NCBI GenBank assembly: GCA_965369605.1
Contig: CBDURE010000002.1
Coordinates: 72-64,071, forward strand
Length of the DNA stretch: 64,000 nt
DNA from: an uncultured bacterium
GTDB lineage: Bacteria > JAJVIF01 > JAGGVT01
Direction: 5' to 3'
Both the position numbers and the translations under genes were made by a program. The notes below the pieces were generated by a model that saw only the letters and a list, made by a program, of their open reading frames with translations, was not told where the DNA came from and made no database searches. Below, piece after piece: positions 45,049 through 54,288 of the stretch. The stretch's first letter is position 1, and each line of letters begins with the position of its first letter.

Positions 45049-47718
45049 ATGGGTAATACACTCGAAACAAATGCCCTGAATCTATGTGCGTCCATCGCGC
45101 ACGGATTCGCATCCCACCCGGCGAATCATATCGAACTTGATAATCCCGACAATCTGCATCAGGCATCGCTAAGAACGCTTTTTATAATACTGCTCTCACT
45201 GTACCTTGAGGAAAACGGACTCCTCCCCGTTGATACTGATTTCCGCAATGACACAGGAATATTTGCCCTTCGCGAGGAACTTGCAAATAATCCGCGTAAA
45301 TCAGGCGGGAAAAAACTCAGCATTATCAAGCGTATTCGACGCACGATGGAGCAGATTCATTCCCCTGATTTGGCGTACGCGCCATTCAAAGCGAGGCTGT
45401 TTGACCCTGATAATCCTGCTAACCGGAATATTGCAAAGTGGAAACTTTATGATGGCGAAATAACGAATTCACTGAAACAGATTTTCTCAATCTGGGCGCA
45501 TCCCGGAACAAGTTTGATGTCATCCAATCCGCCCTGCATTTCAGAATTGATAGACATTTATACGTTTCTGCTCGATTTCGAACCGCGCGTTACAGATTGC
45601 GATGTTGTCCTTCTTAATAACGGAAAGCGTGTAATCGCTCTCTCGGAGGCTCATCCCGGGGATATCCGGCGGGGGCAGGTGCATGAAAAGGGCAGCGTTA
45701 TCTATGAATATGCCAAACGGAAATCACGTAAAAGCGGAACTGTCTATACTCCCGATAAAATAGTAAGGCGAATTGTAGAGCGAACTCTTGATCCGCTGAT
45801 TAACAACGCCGACACAAAAAAGCCTCTCAGAATTATCGATCCATCCTGCGGAACAGGGCGTTTTCTATCCGGTGCGGTCGATTATCTGATTGGGCATAAT
45901 AACAGTGCAAACGGCGTTGACACTCGAAATGTCGAATTTGAACGACAGATAATTTCAGACTCGATTTACGGCGTCGATCATGACAAACTCGCTGTTGAAC
46001 TTGCGGAAATCCCGCTAATGCTCAGAACGCACAGACGCGATAATCCGGCGCCGAATCTTGAAGCGAATATCCTCGCAGCTGATACATTAAAAGGCATCAA
46101 TTCACATTTTATTCGACGATTGATTCTAGGCAATGGGCAGATAGATAATAGCAGTGCCGACGCATCGCAGTACACGTTTGATGAAATCGATTGGCGGTCA
46201 GTATGGAAAACCGTGATTGCCCAAAATATAAAAGGCGCTCTTGCCGCGCAGTTCGAACTCTTTATTGATTATCTGGGCGGTAACAACGGAAACTTTAAAA
46301 CAGTATCTGATGAGTTTCACAATAAGCTGCGCAAACTAACCAGCGGGAATAAAAAACCTGTCGAATCGCAAAGCTGCGGTTTTCATCCTGAGGTGTTTTT
46401 CCCATCGCTTTATTTCACAACTGATGGCGAGATGCTTTCCGATAGTGGTTTCGATGCTGTAATCGGCAATCCTCCTTATGGCGATATTCTCGATACGGCA
46501 TCCAAGCGGCTTCTCGAAAACCTCGGATATAGATCCGGCGGCGGAGGCAACAACGATATCTTTCGTTTCTTTGTTGAACGTGGATTAAACCTGCTGCGGC
46601 GCGGCGGTATGCTCGGATTCATCCTTCCAAACACATTCCTCAAGGGGCGTAAATATCGTAACTTCAGAAAGCGAATTCTTGAAATGAGCTATCCTGAGGA
46701 GATTCTCGATTTCAATCATCAAAAAGTATTCCAGCGTGATGTCTATACATCACTTCTGTTTTTGCGAAAAAAACCCGCGGTAAAATCACAACCGAGATTT
46801 CTAACCAGCCTTGACGGCACTCTCGATTATCTTGAGCAGGAGGCGTTTGACCCATCGCAAAACGTCGATGATTCCTGGCTTCCAACGGGTGAACTCTACC
46901 AGCGGCTCAATTCTGACAAGCGTTACATGCGCATTGACCCGTTTTTTACGCAAATCGGGGATGTCGGAATTAACTATCAGCGACGGTCTGTCGGGTGGAG
47001 CGAAAGAACCAAAAGCCGTATCGCGAATGTTATTTTCTATGAGGGCGAAAAAGAGCATCCTGACGACAAGGAGTTTCTCAAGGGAGAGGATATCGAACAG
47101 TTCAGGATTAATCCCAAATCAAAACGATGGCTCAGGCATGACTGGCAAGCGCATATTCAGGACAGCGAAGTTGTTAATGTTAATTTTGAATGGGCGAATC
47201 GGCCTGTTAAAATACTTTCACGCCAGACTGGAGATTCACTTATCGCCGCGATTGACACAAACGGCATGCTGACCGGACGTTCACTGCATACATCAGTGGT
47301 ACGCGACATCAGATATTCACCTTACTACATTATCGCCCTCATGAATTCCGATGTTTTAACCAGGGTTTACAGGGAATTGACTCGTGAAACAGGGCGTCCG
47401 CAGGCGCAGGTCAAACTCTCTTTCCTAAGGAAAATCCCGATACGGCGAATCAACTTCACATTAAATGAAAGTGAACGAGAGGAGATGTTAAAAAAATCAA
47501 TTAAGAGCATTAACGAAAATCCAGCTAATCTTCCAAGCGCCGTTGAGGATTCACTTGAACACGACACTGAGGATATAGTTCACGATTTGATGGCTTATTC
47601 ATCCCGTTGGATAGAGAATCTGCTGGGGTCGAACGGCTCGAACGGAGCATCCACTGATTTGGAAAAGTGGCGTAACGCGCTGAACGTGTCTATTGATATG
47701 CTGTATGAAATAAGCTGA
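45049..47718 (+). CDS. Large gamma-class N6-adenine DNA methyltransferase (Eco57I/MmeI/PglX-like) with no recognisable nuclease domain
   Basis: Motif I IIDPSCGTGRFL precedes motif IV VIGNPPYGD. N-terminal helical region LRTLFIILLSLYLEENGLLP is typical of type IIG/IIL/BREX methyltransferases. Long C-terminal target-recognition-like region. Confidence 0.8.
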   Translation: MGNTLETNALNLCASIAHGFASHPANHIELDNPDNLHQASLRTLFIILLSLYLEENGLLPVDTDFRNDTGIFALREELANNPRKSGGKKLSIIKRIRRTMEQIHSPDLAYAPFKARLFDPDNPANRNIAKWKLYDGEITNSLKQIFSIWAHPGTSLMSSNPPCISELIDIYTFLLDFEPRVTDCDVVLLNNGKRVIALSEAHPGDIRRGQVHEKGSVIYEYAKRKSRKSGTVYTPDKIVRRIVERTLDPLINNADTKKPLRIIDPSCGTGRFLSGAVDYLIGHNNSANGVDTRNVEFERQIISDSIYGVDHDKLAVELAEIPLMLRTHRRDNPAPNLEANILAADTLKGINSHFIRRLILGNGQIDNSSADASQYTFDEIDWRSVWKTVIAQNIKGALAAQFELFIDYLGGNNGNFKTVSDEFHNKLRKLTSGNKKPVESQSCGFHPEVFFPSLYFTTDGEMLSDSGFDAVIGNPPYGDILDTASKRLLENLGYRSGGGGNNDIFRFFVERGLNLLRRGGMLGFILPNTFLKGRKYRNFRKRILEMSYPEEILDFNHQKVFQRDVYTSLLFLRKKPAVKSQPRFLTSLDGTLDYLEQEAFDPSQNVDDSWLPTGELYQRLNSDKRYMRIDPFFTQIGDVGINYQRRSVGWSERTKSRIANVIFYEGEKEHPDDKEFLKGEDIEQFRINPKSKRWLRHDWQAHIQDSEVVNVNFEWANRPVKILSRQTGDSLIAAIDTNGMLTGRSLHTSVVRDIRYSPYYIIALMNSDVLTRVYRELTRETGRPQAQVKLSFLRKIPIRRINFTLNESEREEMLKKSIKSINENPANLPSAVEDSLEHDTEDIVHDLMAYSSRWIENLLGSNGSNGASTDLEKWRNALNVSIDMLYEIS

Positions 47719-47826
47719 AATTTGTGGTGCGGGCATCCTGGGGCTGTTGAAATCTGAGACGCTTTCCAAGCAACGCCTCTACACATAATGGTTCATCTGT
47801 ATAAACAATTTTTTTCTCAGCGATTT

Positions 47827-50800
47827 CTATTTCCGCTTAAACGGTTTTTTAATTCCGCTCTTCATCGCGCTCGTACTCTCTTTAATAACGCCGCCAAGAG
47901 TCTTCGCGCGCTTTTTCGCCAGTTCCATTCCCTGCTGCGCATGTTTGTGATTGGGGCTAAGTTCAAGCGCGCGGGCGAAATGATTCATCGCCTGCCCATA
48001 TAGATTCTGTTTGAAATAGAACTGCCCAAGCGCTGTCCACGGTTCCGGATTCTCCATCCCGAGCTGGCAGGCGTAGAAATACTCCTCCTCGGCATCATCG
48101 ATTTTACCTTTCGCGTAGTAAATATCGCCGAGTTTGATATGCCCATCGACAAAGTTCGGGAACAGAGCAAGCGCTTTTAGGATAAACGAATTAGCCATGT
48201 CAACAGCGCCCTTGCCAAGATATGCCAGCGCGAGTTGATAGTTCACGCTGAAAGCATCCGGCGAAATATCATAAGCTTTGTTGAATTCATTGATTGCCTG
48301 ATCATGCAATCCGTTTTCGTAGTACGCGATACCTTTCTGCAAATAATGATGAATAACCGGCGCGGCGTGGAATCGGTGCGTTTTGGGCATCTGTGCCGTG
48401 ATTTCACCGAATTGAACGATGACCGTTGACGCTCCCGCTATTTCCTCTCTCTTGCCTTTGAATCGATTTGCGGCAAGCCCGATTATCCGTTCGCACGATT
48501 CCTGAACATCCTGTGTGGATAAAACTGTGTTGCGGATTTCCAAATCAGCCAGAACACGGGACATATTGCCGGTTCCCAGAACAAGAATATCGCCAAGCCT
48601 GAGATGGCGTTCCGTCGTGTCGATTTTTATCGTCATCTCCCTGCCAAGCATTCGCTTGTCCTCTGGTTTTCTGAGGAAAGTTCTGATGCTGTGCCCCCTG
48701 AAAAGATAAGCGAACGCGGCGCCAACTCGCCCTAGATAGAGGCGATTTCTGGTAATCAGTCCGAGTATAATCTCAGCGCCGAATTTGCCCAGCTGATTAA
48801 GCCTGAACGCCTCCTGGTTAATCGCGCCATTCGCCCTGTTGATTGCCTCATGTATCAGTGCCAGCGGGTCCTCATCCATAGGAAAATCAAGTAATCTTGA
48901 TGGTGAGAATATTTTTTCTATTTCCTCGATTGCGCGATTCTGCACGAGAGCTGACTGCTCGGGATTTCCGATTCCGGACACTATCGCGATAACTCCCCTT
49001 ATTCCGCTGGATGTTGCGGGAAGGCGGTTCGCGAATACGTGGCGAACGTCCTCTTCACCTTCGACTTCGCTTCTGAACGAACTTGAGCCTAGAAGGAAAC
49101 TCAGGGGCGCTTCTGTTTCATCCCCACCCGAGCGGCTTGCGAGATAATCGTCAAGATCATCTATCAATTCCTGCAAATCCGGGTACCGAATCATCATGTC
49201 CTTGTCAATGCACCTTGCCAGAATTCGCTTCAGGTTCGGATGAATATCCTCATCTTTCAGCAGTTCCTGAGGCTCGGCGAAAATATGCTTGTTGATTATT
49301 TCATGCGGCTCGCCGGTGATTAAATCACGGCCTGTTAAAATGAAATACAGAATCAGGGCAAGCGAATAGATATCCGATGGCGCTTCTTTTTTTCCAAGTC
49401 CGGTGATATGTTCCGGCGGCAGATAGGACGAGTTGTTCTGTTCATGCGGCGATGTGTAAAGGTAAACTCTCTCGTAACCCGCGATTTTTACAGTCAATAC
49501 AGGTGATTCCAGAACGAATATATTATCCGGATTGAGTGAACCGTAATATTTTCTTCCCTCATCATCTATATGCTTAAGCGCCTCCGTTGTCTGTTTTATC
49601 AGTTCTATCGCGGTTTCCTCATCCAGGAGATCGGTATTCGCGACAAACTCCCGGAGCGTCAGTTCGCGCAATTCAGTCACAAAAAAGAACGCGCCCTTGT
49701 CGTGGCCATGTTCCAGCACTCGAAGAATGTTTGGATGATTATATTTCGAAATACTCTTAACAGCTTTATTGAAAATATCCTCCATCTCTTTCGTGCGTGT
49801 GAATTTATAGAACCAGATCATAACAGGCGTCTCGGTTTGGGCATGAAATCCACGATAAAGCAGTGGCTGTCCGCCATACAGGGGGATACGCTCTTCAAGA
49901 ACATATTTCCCCTTGATTTTGGTTCCGGTTTCGATGAGTTTCAAGCCGCCGGCGGTTTCGCTGTCGCCTGTCAGCTGAACTATGTCCGCGAGAAACGCCG
50001 TGTAATCCGGGTATCTATCCTCAGGATTCTTCTCCAGCGCTTTTATAATAATGTCATGGAACACCATCGGGATATTCTGGTTATTTACTATCTCCTCCTT
50101 GGGATCCCACTCAAGATGCTTGTCCATGACATCCTGTGGAATTTCACCCTTGAAAAGATCCGCACCTGTAACAAGTTTGAAAAGGAGTGTCGCAAGAGCA
50201 TAGATATCTGCGGGGGGACCTATTTCACCCTCATCAGCGATTATTTCCGGCGCCGAATAATGATAGGAACTAAGCGGCAAACCGAATTCACTTTGAATAA
50301 ACCTTGATGTTTCCTCCAGCCTGAAATCAGTGAGGAAAATATCCTCGCCCTGTGGATTAATCAGGATATGTTCCGGCTTCAATTGCTGATGCGCTTTAAG
50401 GGTACCCTTTCGATGGAGATATTCGAGAATCGCGGTCGTTCGCCTGATAATTCTCAGCGCCTGTTCAGGAGTCAGCTGCGGTTCTTCCTCAAGAATGTTC
50501 GCAAGGGATGTCGAGACATGGTCAAAAACGAGATAGTATTTATCATCATGCCAGCCGGAAGCGATTAGATTTACAACCTGCGGATGCCGTATCTGCGTAC
50601 GTGCGAACATGTCGTTGTTCATCGCTCGCACAAATTCCTCTTTCTGCGATATCTGTTTGTCGAACAATTTCAGCGTGTATGTATTTTCCTTGCCCATCTC
50701 AAGCACTTTGAAAGTCGATGCGAAATGGCCATGCCCAAGGTCCTCAATTACCTCCCATTTTGAATCAAGAATTGTCCCAACAAGCGAGTCGGCTGGAATC

Positions 50801-51612
50801 TTTTTCTTATATGACGCAGCGCTGAGTGTGTATCCGACAGCATCCTTAAGTTCCTCCAGATTCGGATATCGTTTTGATGGGTCTTTCTCCAGGCAGTTCA
50901 GGATTATCTCCTGCACCATTGATGGAATCTGGGCGTAATACTCAACGTGTTTGCGCGGTGAGACATAAACCTGATGATACCGGACATCCTCATCCTCTCC
51001 CTGGTAAATCGGATATCCAACAAGCATCTGGTAAAGCAGGATTCCAATCTGGTAGATATCGGTATGTACGCCTGTATCGCCGATGCCGTGTATCTGCTCC
51101 GGCGCCATATAGCGGGGATCCTCCCATTCGGCGCGTTTCTGCTGTTCCAGCATTAACATTCCCGCAGACATAAACCAGTCAGCGATTTTCGGAATCTCAT
51201 CCTCGGAACTCATAAGAATATTATTGCTGCGAAGGTCAAGGTGAGGTTCCAGCTCATTTTCATAGCCATATAAAAGGCCGTCAATTATCTTCATCATCAT
51301 AGTAAGCGCCGGAACAAGGTCGAGTGTTTCATGTCGCTTGATATATTCTGTCAGGTTGATATCGAGAATTTCGGTCGCTATATACAGCCGGTCTGAATGA
51401 ACGCCGATTTCCTTGATTGTCACTATATTTTCGTGGTTAAGGTATTTGAGTTTGGTTGCGACTGAATCGACCTTGTCGGTGAAAACATCACTGGACGCAA
51501 ACGGGTCCTTGAAGAGTTTCATGATGCAGTCAAGCTTGGTTGTTTCATCGGTGCCCCGATATATTAACGCCGCCGGTGAACTACGAAGTCTTTCCCTTGG
51601 TAGATAAGGCAT
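47827..51612 (-). CDS. Multi-domain signalling protein: Ser/Thr kinase + two pseudokinase domains + degenerate PP2C-like domain + TPR repeats
   Basis: Domain 1: IMK, HLDLRSNN, ADW, YMAPE. Domain 2: HQQLKPEH, DFR, YSAPE. Domain 3: YGSLNPDN, AGY, YLPPE. PP2C-like region: SGIGNPEQ, GRVGAAFAY, GASTVIVQF. The C-terminus has TPR-like AxxxYxxA/LxxxP repeats. Confidence 0.8.
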   Translation of the reverse strand: MPYLPRERLRSSPAALIYRGTDETTKLDCIMKLFKDPFASSDVFTDKVDSVATKLKYLNHENIVTIKEIGVHSDRLYIATEILDINLTEYIKRHETLDLVPALTMMMKIIDGLLYGYENELEPHLDLRSNNILMSSEDEIPKIADWFMSAGMLMLEQQKRAEWEDPRYMAPEQIHGIGDTGVHTDIYQIGILLYQMLVGYPIYQGEDEDVRYHQVYVSPRKHVEYYAQIPSMVQEIILNCLEKDPSKRYPNLEELKDAVGYTLSAASYKKKIPADSLVGTILDSKWEVIEDLGHGHFASTFKVLEMGKENTYTLKLFDKQISQKEEFVRAMNNDMFARTQIRHPQVVNLIASGWHDDKYYLVFDHVSTSLANILEEEPQLTPEQALRIIRRTTAILEYLHRKGTLKAHQQLKPEHILINPQGEDIFLTDFRLEETSRFIQSEFGLPLSSYHYSAPEIIADEGEIGPPADIYALATLLFKLVTGADLFKGEIPQDVMDKHLEWDPKEEIVNNQNIPMVFHDIIIKALEKNPEDRYPDYTAFLADIVQLTGDSETAGGLKLIETGTKIKGKYVLEERIPLYGGQPLLYRGFHAQTETPVMIWFYKFTRTKEMEDIFNKAVKSISKYNHPNILRVLEHGHDKGAFFFVTELRELTLREFVANTDLLDEETAIELIKQTTEALKHIDDEGRKYYGSLNPDNIFVLESPVLTVKIAGYERVYLYTSPHEQNNSSYLPPEHITGLGKKEAPSDIYSLALILYFILTGRDLITGEPHEIINKHIFAEPQELLKDEDIHPNLKRILARCIDKDMMIRYPDLQELIDDLDDYLASRSGGDETEAPLSFLLGSSSFRSEVEGEEDVRHVFANRLPATSSGIRGVIAIVSGIGNPEQSALVQNRAIEEIEKIFSPSRLLDFPMDEDPLALIHEAINRANGAINQEAFRLNQLGKFGAEIILGLITRNRLYLGRVGAAFAYLFRGHSIRTFLRKPEDKRMLGREMTIKIDTTERHLRLGDILVLGTGNMSRVLADLEIRNTVLSTQDVQESCERIIGLAANRFKGKREEIAGASTVIVQFGEITAQMPKTHRFHAAPVIHHYLQKGIAYYENGLHDQAINEFNKAYDISPDAFSVNYQLALAYLGKGAVDMANSFILKALALFPNFVDGHIKLGDIYYAKGKIDDAEEEYFYACQLGMENPEPWTALGQFYFKQNLYGQAMNHFARALELSPNHKHAQQGMELAKKRAKTLGGVIKESTSAMKSGIKKPFKRK

Positions 51613-51953
51613 AACTGAACCTCACTGATTATGAATATGATGAAATGAATATATAAAATCTATAATTACCGATCTGAATTGTAACCCGACGTCCCTTCGC
51701 CGGGGTTTTCATTAATAAAATCAGCCATCCAGCTGAAAATATCGCCCACAAGGGACGGTCTCTACATATATATGACTGCATATTCGCGGCAATGTTCCCC
51801 ATTTCCCCATATTTGGATTATATCACATGGACTAAATCCGGCGGTTTAAATACATTTAATGAAATTACTCAGGCACATAGGGTATGAAGATGCTGCTTCT
51901 TACTAACGAGGATATCGGGAAAAGCTGTTTATAGATTCACTCCTCCCCTTAAT

Positions 51954-52184
51954 CCCCCCGCGAGCGGGCTTGTTGAAAAACCTCACTTTGCCGTAACCCG
52001 ACATGCCCTTATTAGAAAATGTGAATCCAGCCAAATAACCATCGTGGGCATGCCGGGGCTTCCGCATATTCAGCCACTTCCCCGGCATGCCTACGAAGAT
52101 AAGCGAGTTGAATTCACATTTATTCATAAAGGCATGTCGGGTTACGGTTCTAATACCTTTTTCAACAGCCCCGAAAGCGGGGGG
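51954..52184. repeat. Palindromic MITE/REP-like element, copy A (231 bp)
   Basis: Nested inverted repeats. 51954-51980 (CCCCCCGCGAGCGGGCTTGTTGAAAAA) pairs imperfectly with 52158-52184. 51991-52007 pairs with 52131-52147 (17-bp perfect arms CCGTAACCCGACATGCC / GGCATGTCGGGTTACGG). Inner 12-bp perfect arms are GGCATGCCGGGG / CCCCGGCATGCC. Confidence 0.8.
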
Positions 52185-52441
52185 AGATGTTTTTGTTATT
52201 CGCTCTGCCGGGTGGCGCCACCCGCACTTCGACAGGCTCAGTACATGAGAAATTTGGAAAACCAACAATCAAGATTAACAATAAAACTACTTTTCCCAAC
52301 ACCCTCTCGCGTGAAATGCACGTGAAAAGTCCAAATCAGAAAAAATATATTCATCATATATTTGAACTTTTTGTTGGAAATATGTGTTTTCATTAATAAA
52401 ATGACAGCTTATTAAATAACTAAAACAAAAGAGAGAAAGCA

Positions 52442-53374
52442 TTGACCGCGATTAGCGCATCGAATATTACAAAGGTTTATAAGCAGGGGCTTTTTAAAAA
52501 AGGCATTAAAGCCGTGGATAACCTTTCAATCGAAGTCAGTGAGGGCGAGGTGTTCGGATTCCTCGGCCCCAACGGCGCCGGGAAAACAACGTTTATAAAA
52601 GTCCTGCTGAATATCATTTATCCCACAAACGGAAACGCCAAACTTCTTGGGATTGACATTAACAATCCGAAAGCGCGCAGGAATGTCGGTTACCTTCCTG
52701 AAAGCCCTTATTTCAACGACAGGATGAACGCTTATCAACTGCTTGAATTCTACGGCGCTTTCTACTCAATGAATCGATACCATCTTGAAAAACGCCGTGA
52801 TGAAGTTTTAAAAATCACAGGCCTTACTGAAGCCGCGAAACGACCACTGCGAAGTTATTCAAAGGGAATGCTTCAGAGAATCGGGTTTTGCCAGGCGATT
52901 CTTTCCGAGCCGGAAATAGTCTTTCTCGATGAACCATCCACAGGGCTTGACCCTATGGGCAGGAGGAAAATCAAGGATGTCATCCATGATTTAAAAAAGC
53001 GCGGCACGACTGTTTTTCTCAATTCGCATATCCTCTCGGATGTTCAGGACACATGCGACAGAATTGGAATTGTCAAGGACGGCAAACTTATCAAGGTCGC
53101 GAATATCCAGGAACTTACTGTTGATCAGCATACTCTGCGGATTAACATCGCAAACCCGACGGATGAAATGATCAGCGCGATGGACACAATCGCGATTTCG
53201 TGCAGGAAAATAGATGACACCACGATTGAACTCGCGATTGACTCTCCACAGAACACACCTGATATTATCGCGAAACTCGTTGAACTTGGCGGAAGAATTT
53301 ACGATGTTCGATATCACGAATCGAGCCTTGAGGACACCTTTATCAGCATTATCGAAAATGAGGAGGTGCAATAA
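52442..53374 (+). CDS. ABC transporter ATP-binding protein (ABC-2 type)
   Basis: Walker A GPNGAGKTT, signature YSKGMLQR, Walker B VFLDEPSTGLD. TTG start. Confidence 0.9.
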   Translation: MTAISASNITKVYKQGLFKKGIKAVDNLSIEVSEGEVFGFLGPNGAGKTTFIKVLLNIIYPTNGNAKLLGIDINNPKARRNVGYLPESPYFNDRMNAYQLLEFYGAFYSMNRYHLEKRRDEVLKITGLTEAAKRPLRSYSKGMLQRIGFCQAILSEPEIVFLDEPSTGLDPMGRRKIKDVIHDLKKRGTTVFLNSHILSDVQDTCDRIGIVKDGKLIKVANIQELTVDQHTLRINIANPTDEMISAMDTIAISCRKIDDTTIELAIDSPQNTPDIIAKLVELGGRIYDVRYHESSLEDTFISIIENEEVQ

Positions 53375-54288
53375 TGCCGGGAGTTTTGACAGTAGCGAGA
53401 TTCAGTTTCGCTGAGATGGTTAAATCGAAAGTCTTTAAAACAATAATGATAATCGGGATTATCGCGTGTTTCCTCGTCTGCTTCATGGGATATTGGACTG
53501 TTTCACGCTCGCCATTATCAGATGACATCCTCTGGGATCAGCGCCACGAAGTAACCCACATTGAGGGCATGCCAACGGATATTTCCCAGATAACTGACCA
53601 GATGACGTTAACCTACATCACAACGTTCCTGCGGTGGTTCACCTACGCGATTTACATATTTTTCGGAAACCTTCTCGCAATATTTGTCGCGATAGGGCTT
53701 CTTGCGCCTGAACTGGAGCGGAGAAGCATATACACACTCATATCAAAACCGCTGTCGCGTTCGGGAATTATTATCGGAAAGCTCCTTGGCGCGTTCATGT
53801 GCCAGATTGTGTACGCACTCCTTATGCTGCTTGCAGCGCAGTTCTTTTTCCTCATAAGTGGAGCAAAATTCCAGCCGGAACTGTTTCCGGCATTCGCTGT
53901 CGGGTTTCTGAATTTCCTGATTTTCAGTTCACTCGCGATGTTCCTTTCCATTCATCTCAGGTCGATTCCATCCGCGGTTATCTCGATGATTGTCCTTTGG
54001 GTAAGCACTCACAGCGGAGTGTTTTTCATTACTACAATCGGGAAGGAACTTTTCAAATTCGGCGCGTGGCTTGATTATGCCCTATTAATCCTGCCGCAGC
54101 AGAAGAATATCGGATTTTACGCCCTTAGTTTTATCTTCGATAAATATCAACAAGCAATGCTTGGTGAAATGCCTGATATGTTCGAGCTTGTTTCCAATGA
54201 CCCAGGCATGCTTATTCAACCGGCAATCTGGCTTGCGTGTATAATAGTTCTGAATCTCCTGAGCTTCTATAGAAAGGAATTTGACTGA
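53374..54288 (+). CDS. ABC-2 type transporter permease
   Basis: TAATG overlap with the ATPase gene, AGGAGG upstream. About 6 hydrophobic segments. Confidence 0.75.
   Translation: MPGVLTVARFSFAEMVKSKVFKTIMIIGIIACFLVCFMGYWTVSRSPLSDDILWDQRHEVTHIEGMPTDISQITDQMTLTYITTFLRWFTYAIYIFFGNLLAIFVAIGLLAPELERRSIYTLISKPLSRSGIIIGKLLGAFMCQIVYALLMLLAAQFFFLISGAKFQPELFPAFAVGFLNFLIFSSLAMFLSIHLRSIPSAVISMIVLWVSTHSGVFFITTIGKELFKFGAWLDYALLILPQQKNIGFYALSFIFDKYQQAMLGEMPDMFELVSNDPGMLIQPAIWLACIIVLNLLSFYRKEFD

Noticed and set aside
44201-47718. HhH-GPD glycosylase + methyltransferase as a glycosylase-based restriction-modification pair.
   Set aside because: The glycosylase has every hallmark of housekeeping endonuclease III (HhH, Asp, C-X6-C-X2-C-X5-C). 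It is separated from the methyltransferase gene by a spacer with its own promoter-like element. I see no evidence of coupling.
49570-50307. 245-aa plus-strand ORF, and similar long antisense ORFs (e.g. 5943-6311, 18393-18785, 24121-24651, 25448-25909, 46811-47272, 63045-63521).
   Set aside because: Each lies entirely inside a well-supported gene on the opposite strand. They have low-complexity or odd composition and no motifs. They are shadow ORFs.
45049-51612. PglX-like methyltransferase next to a Ser/Thr kinase, suggesting a Pgl / BREX type 2 system (pglW-pglX).
   Set aside because: The two genes are convergent (stops at 47718 and 47827), so they do not form an operon. No pglY (ATPase) or pglZ (alkaline phosphatase) is present. 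The kinase has a housekeeping-style TPR/PP2C architecture.
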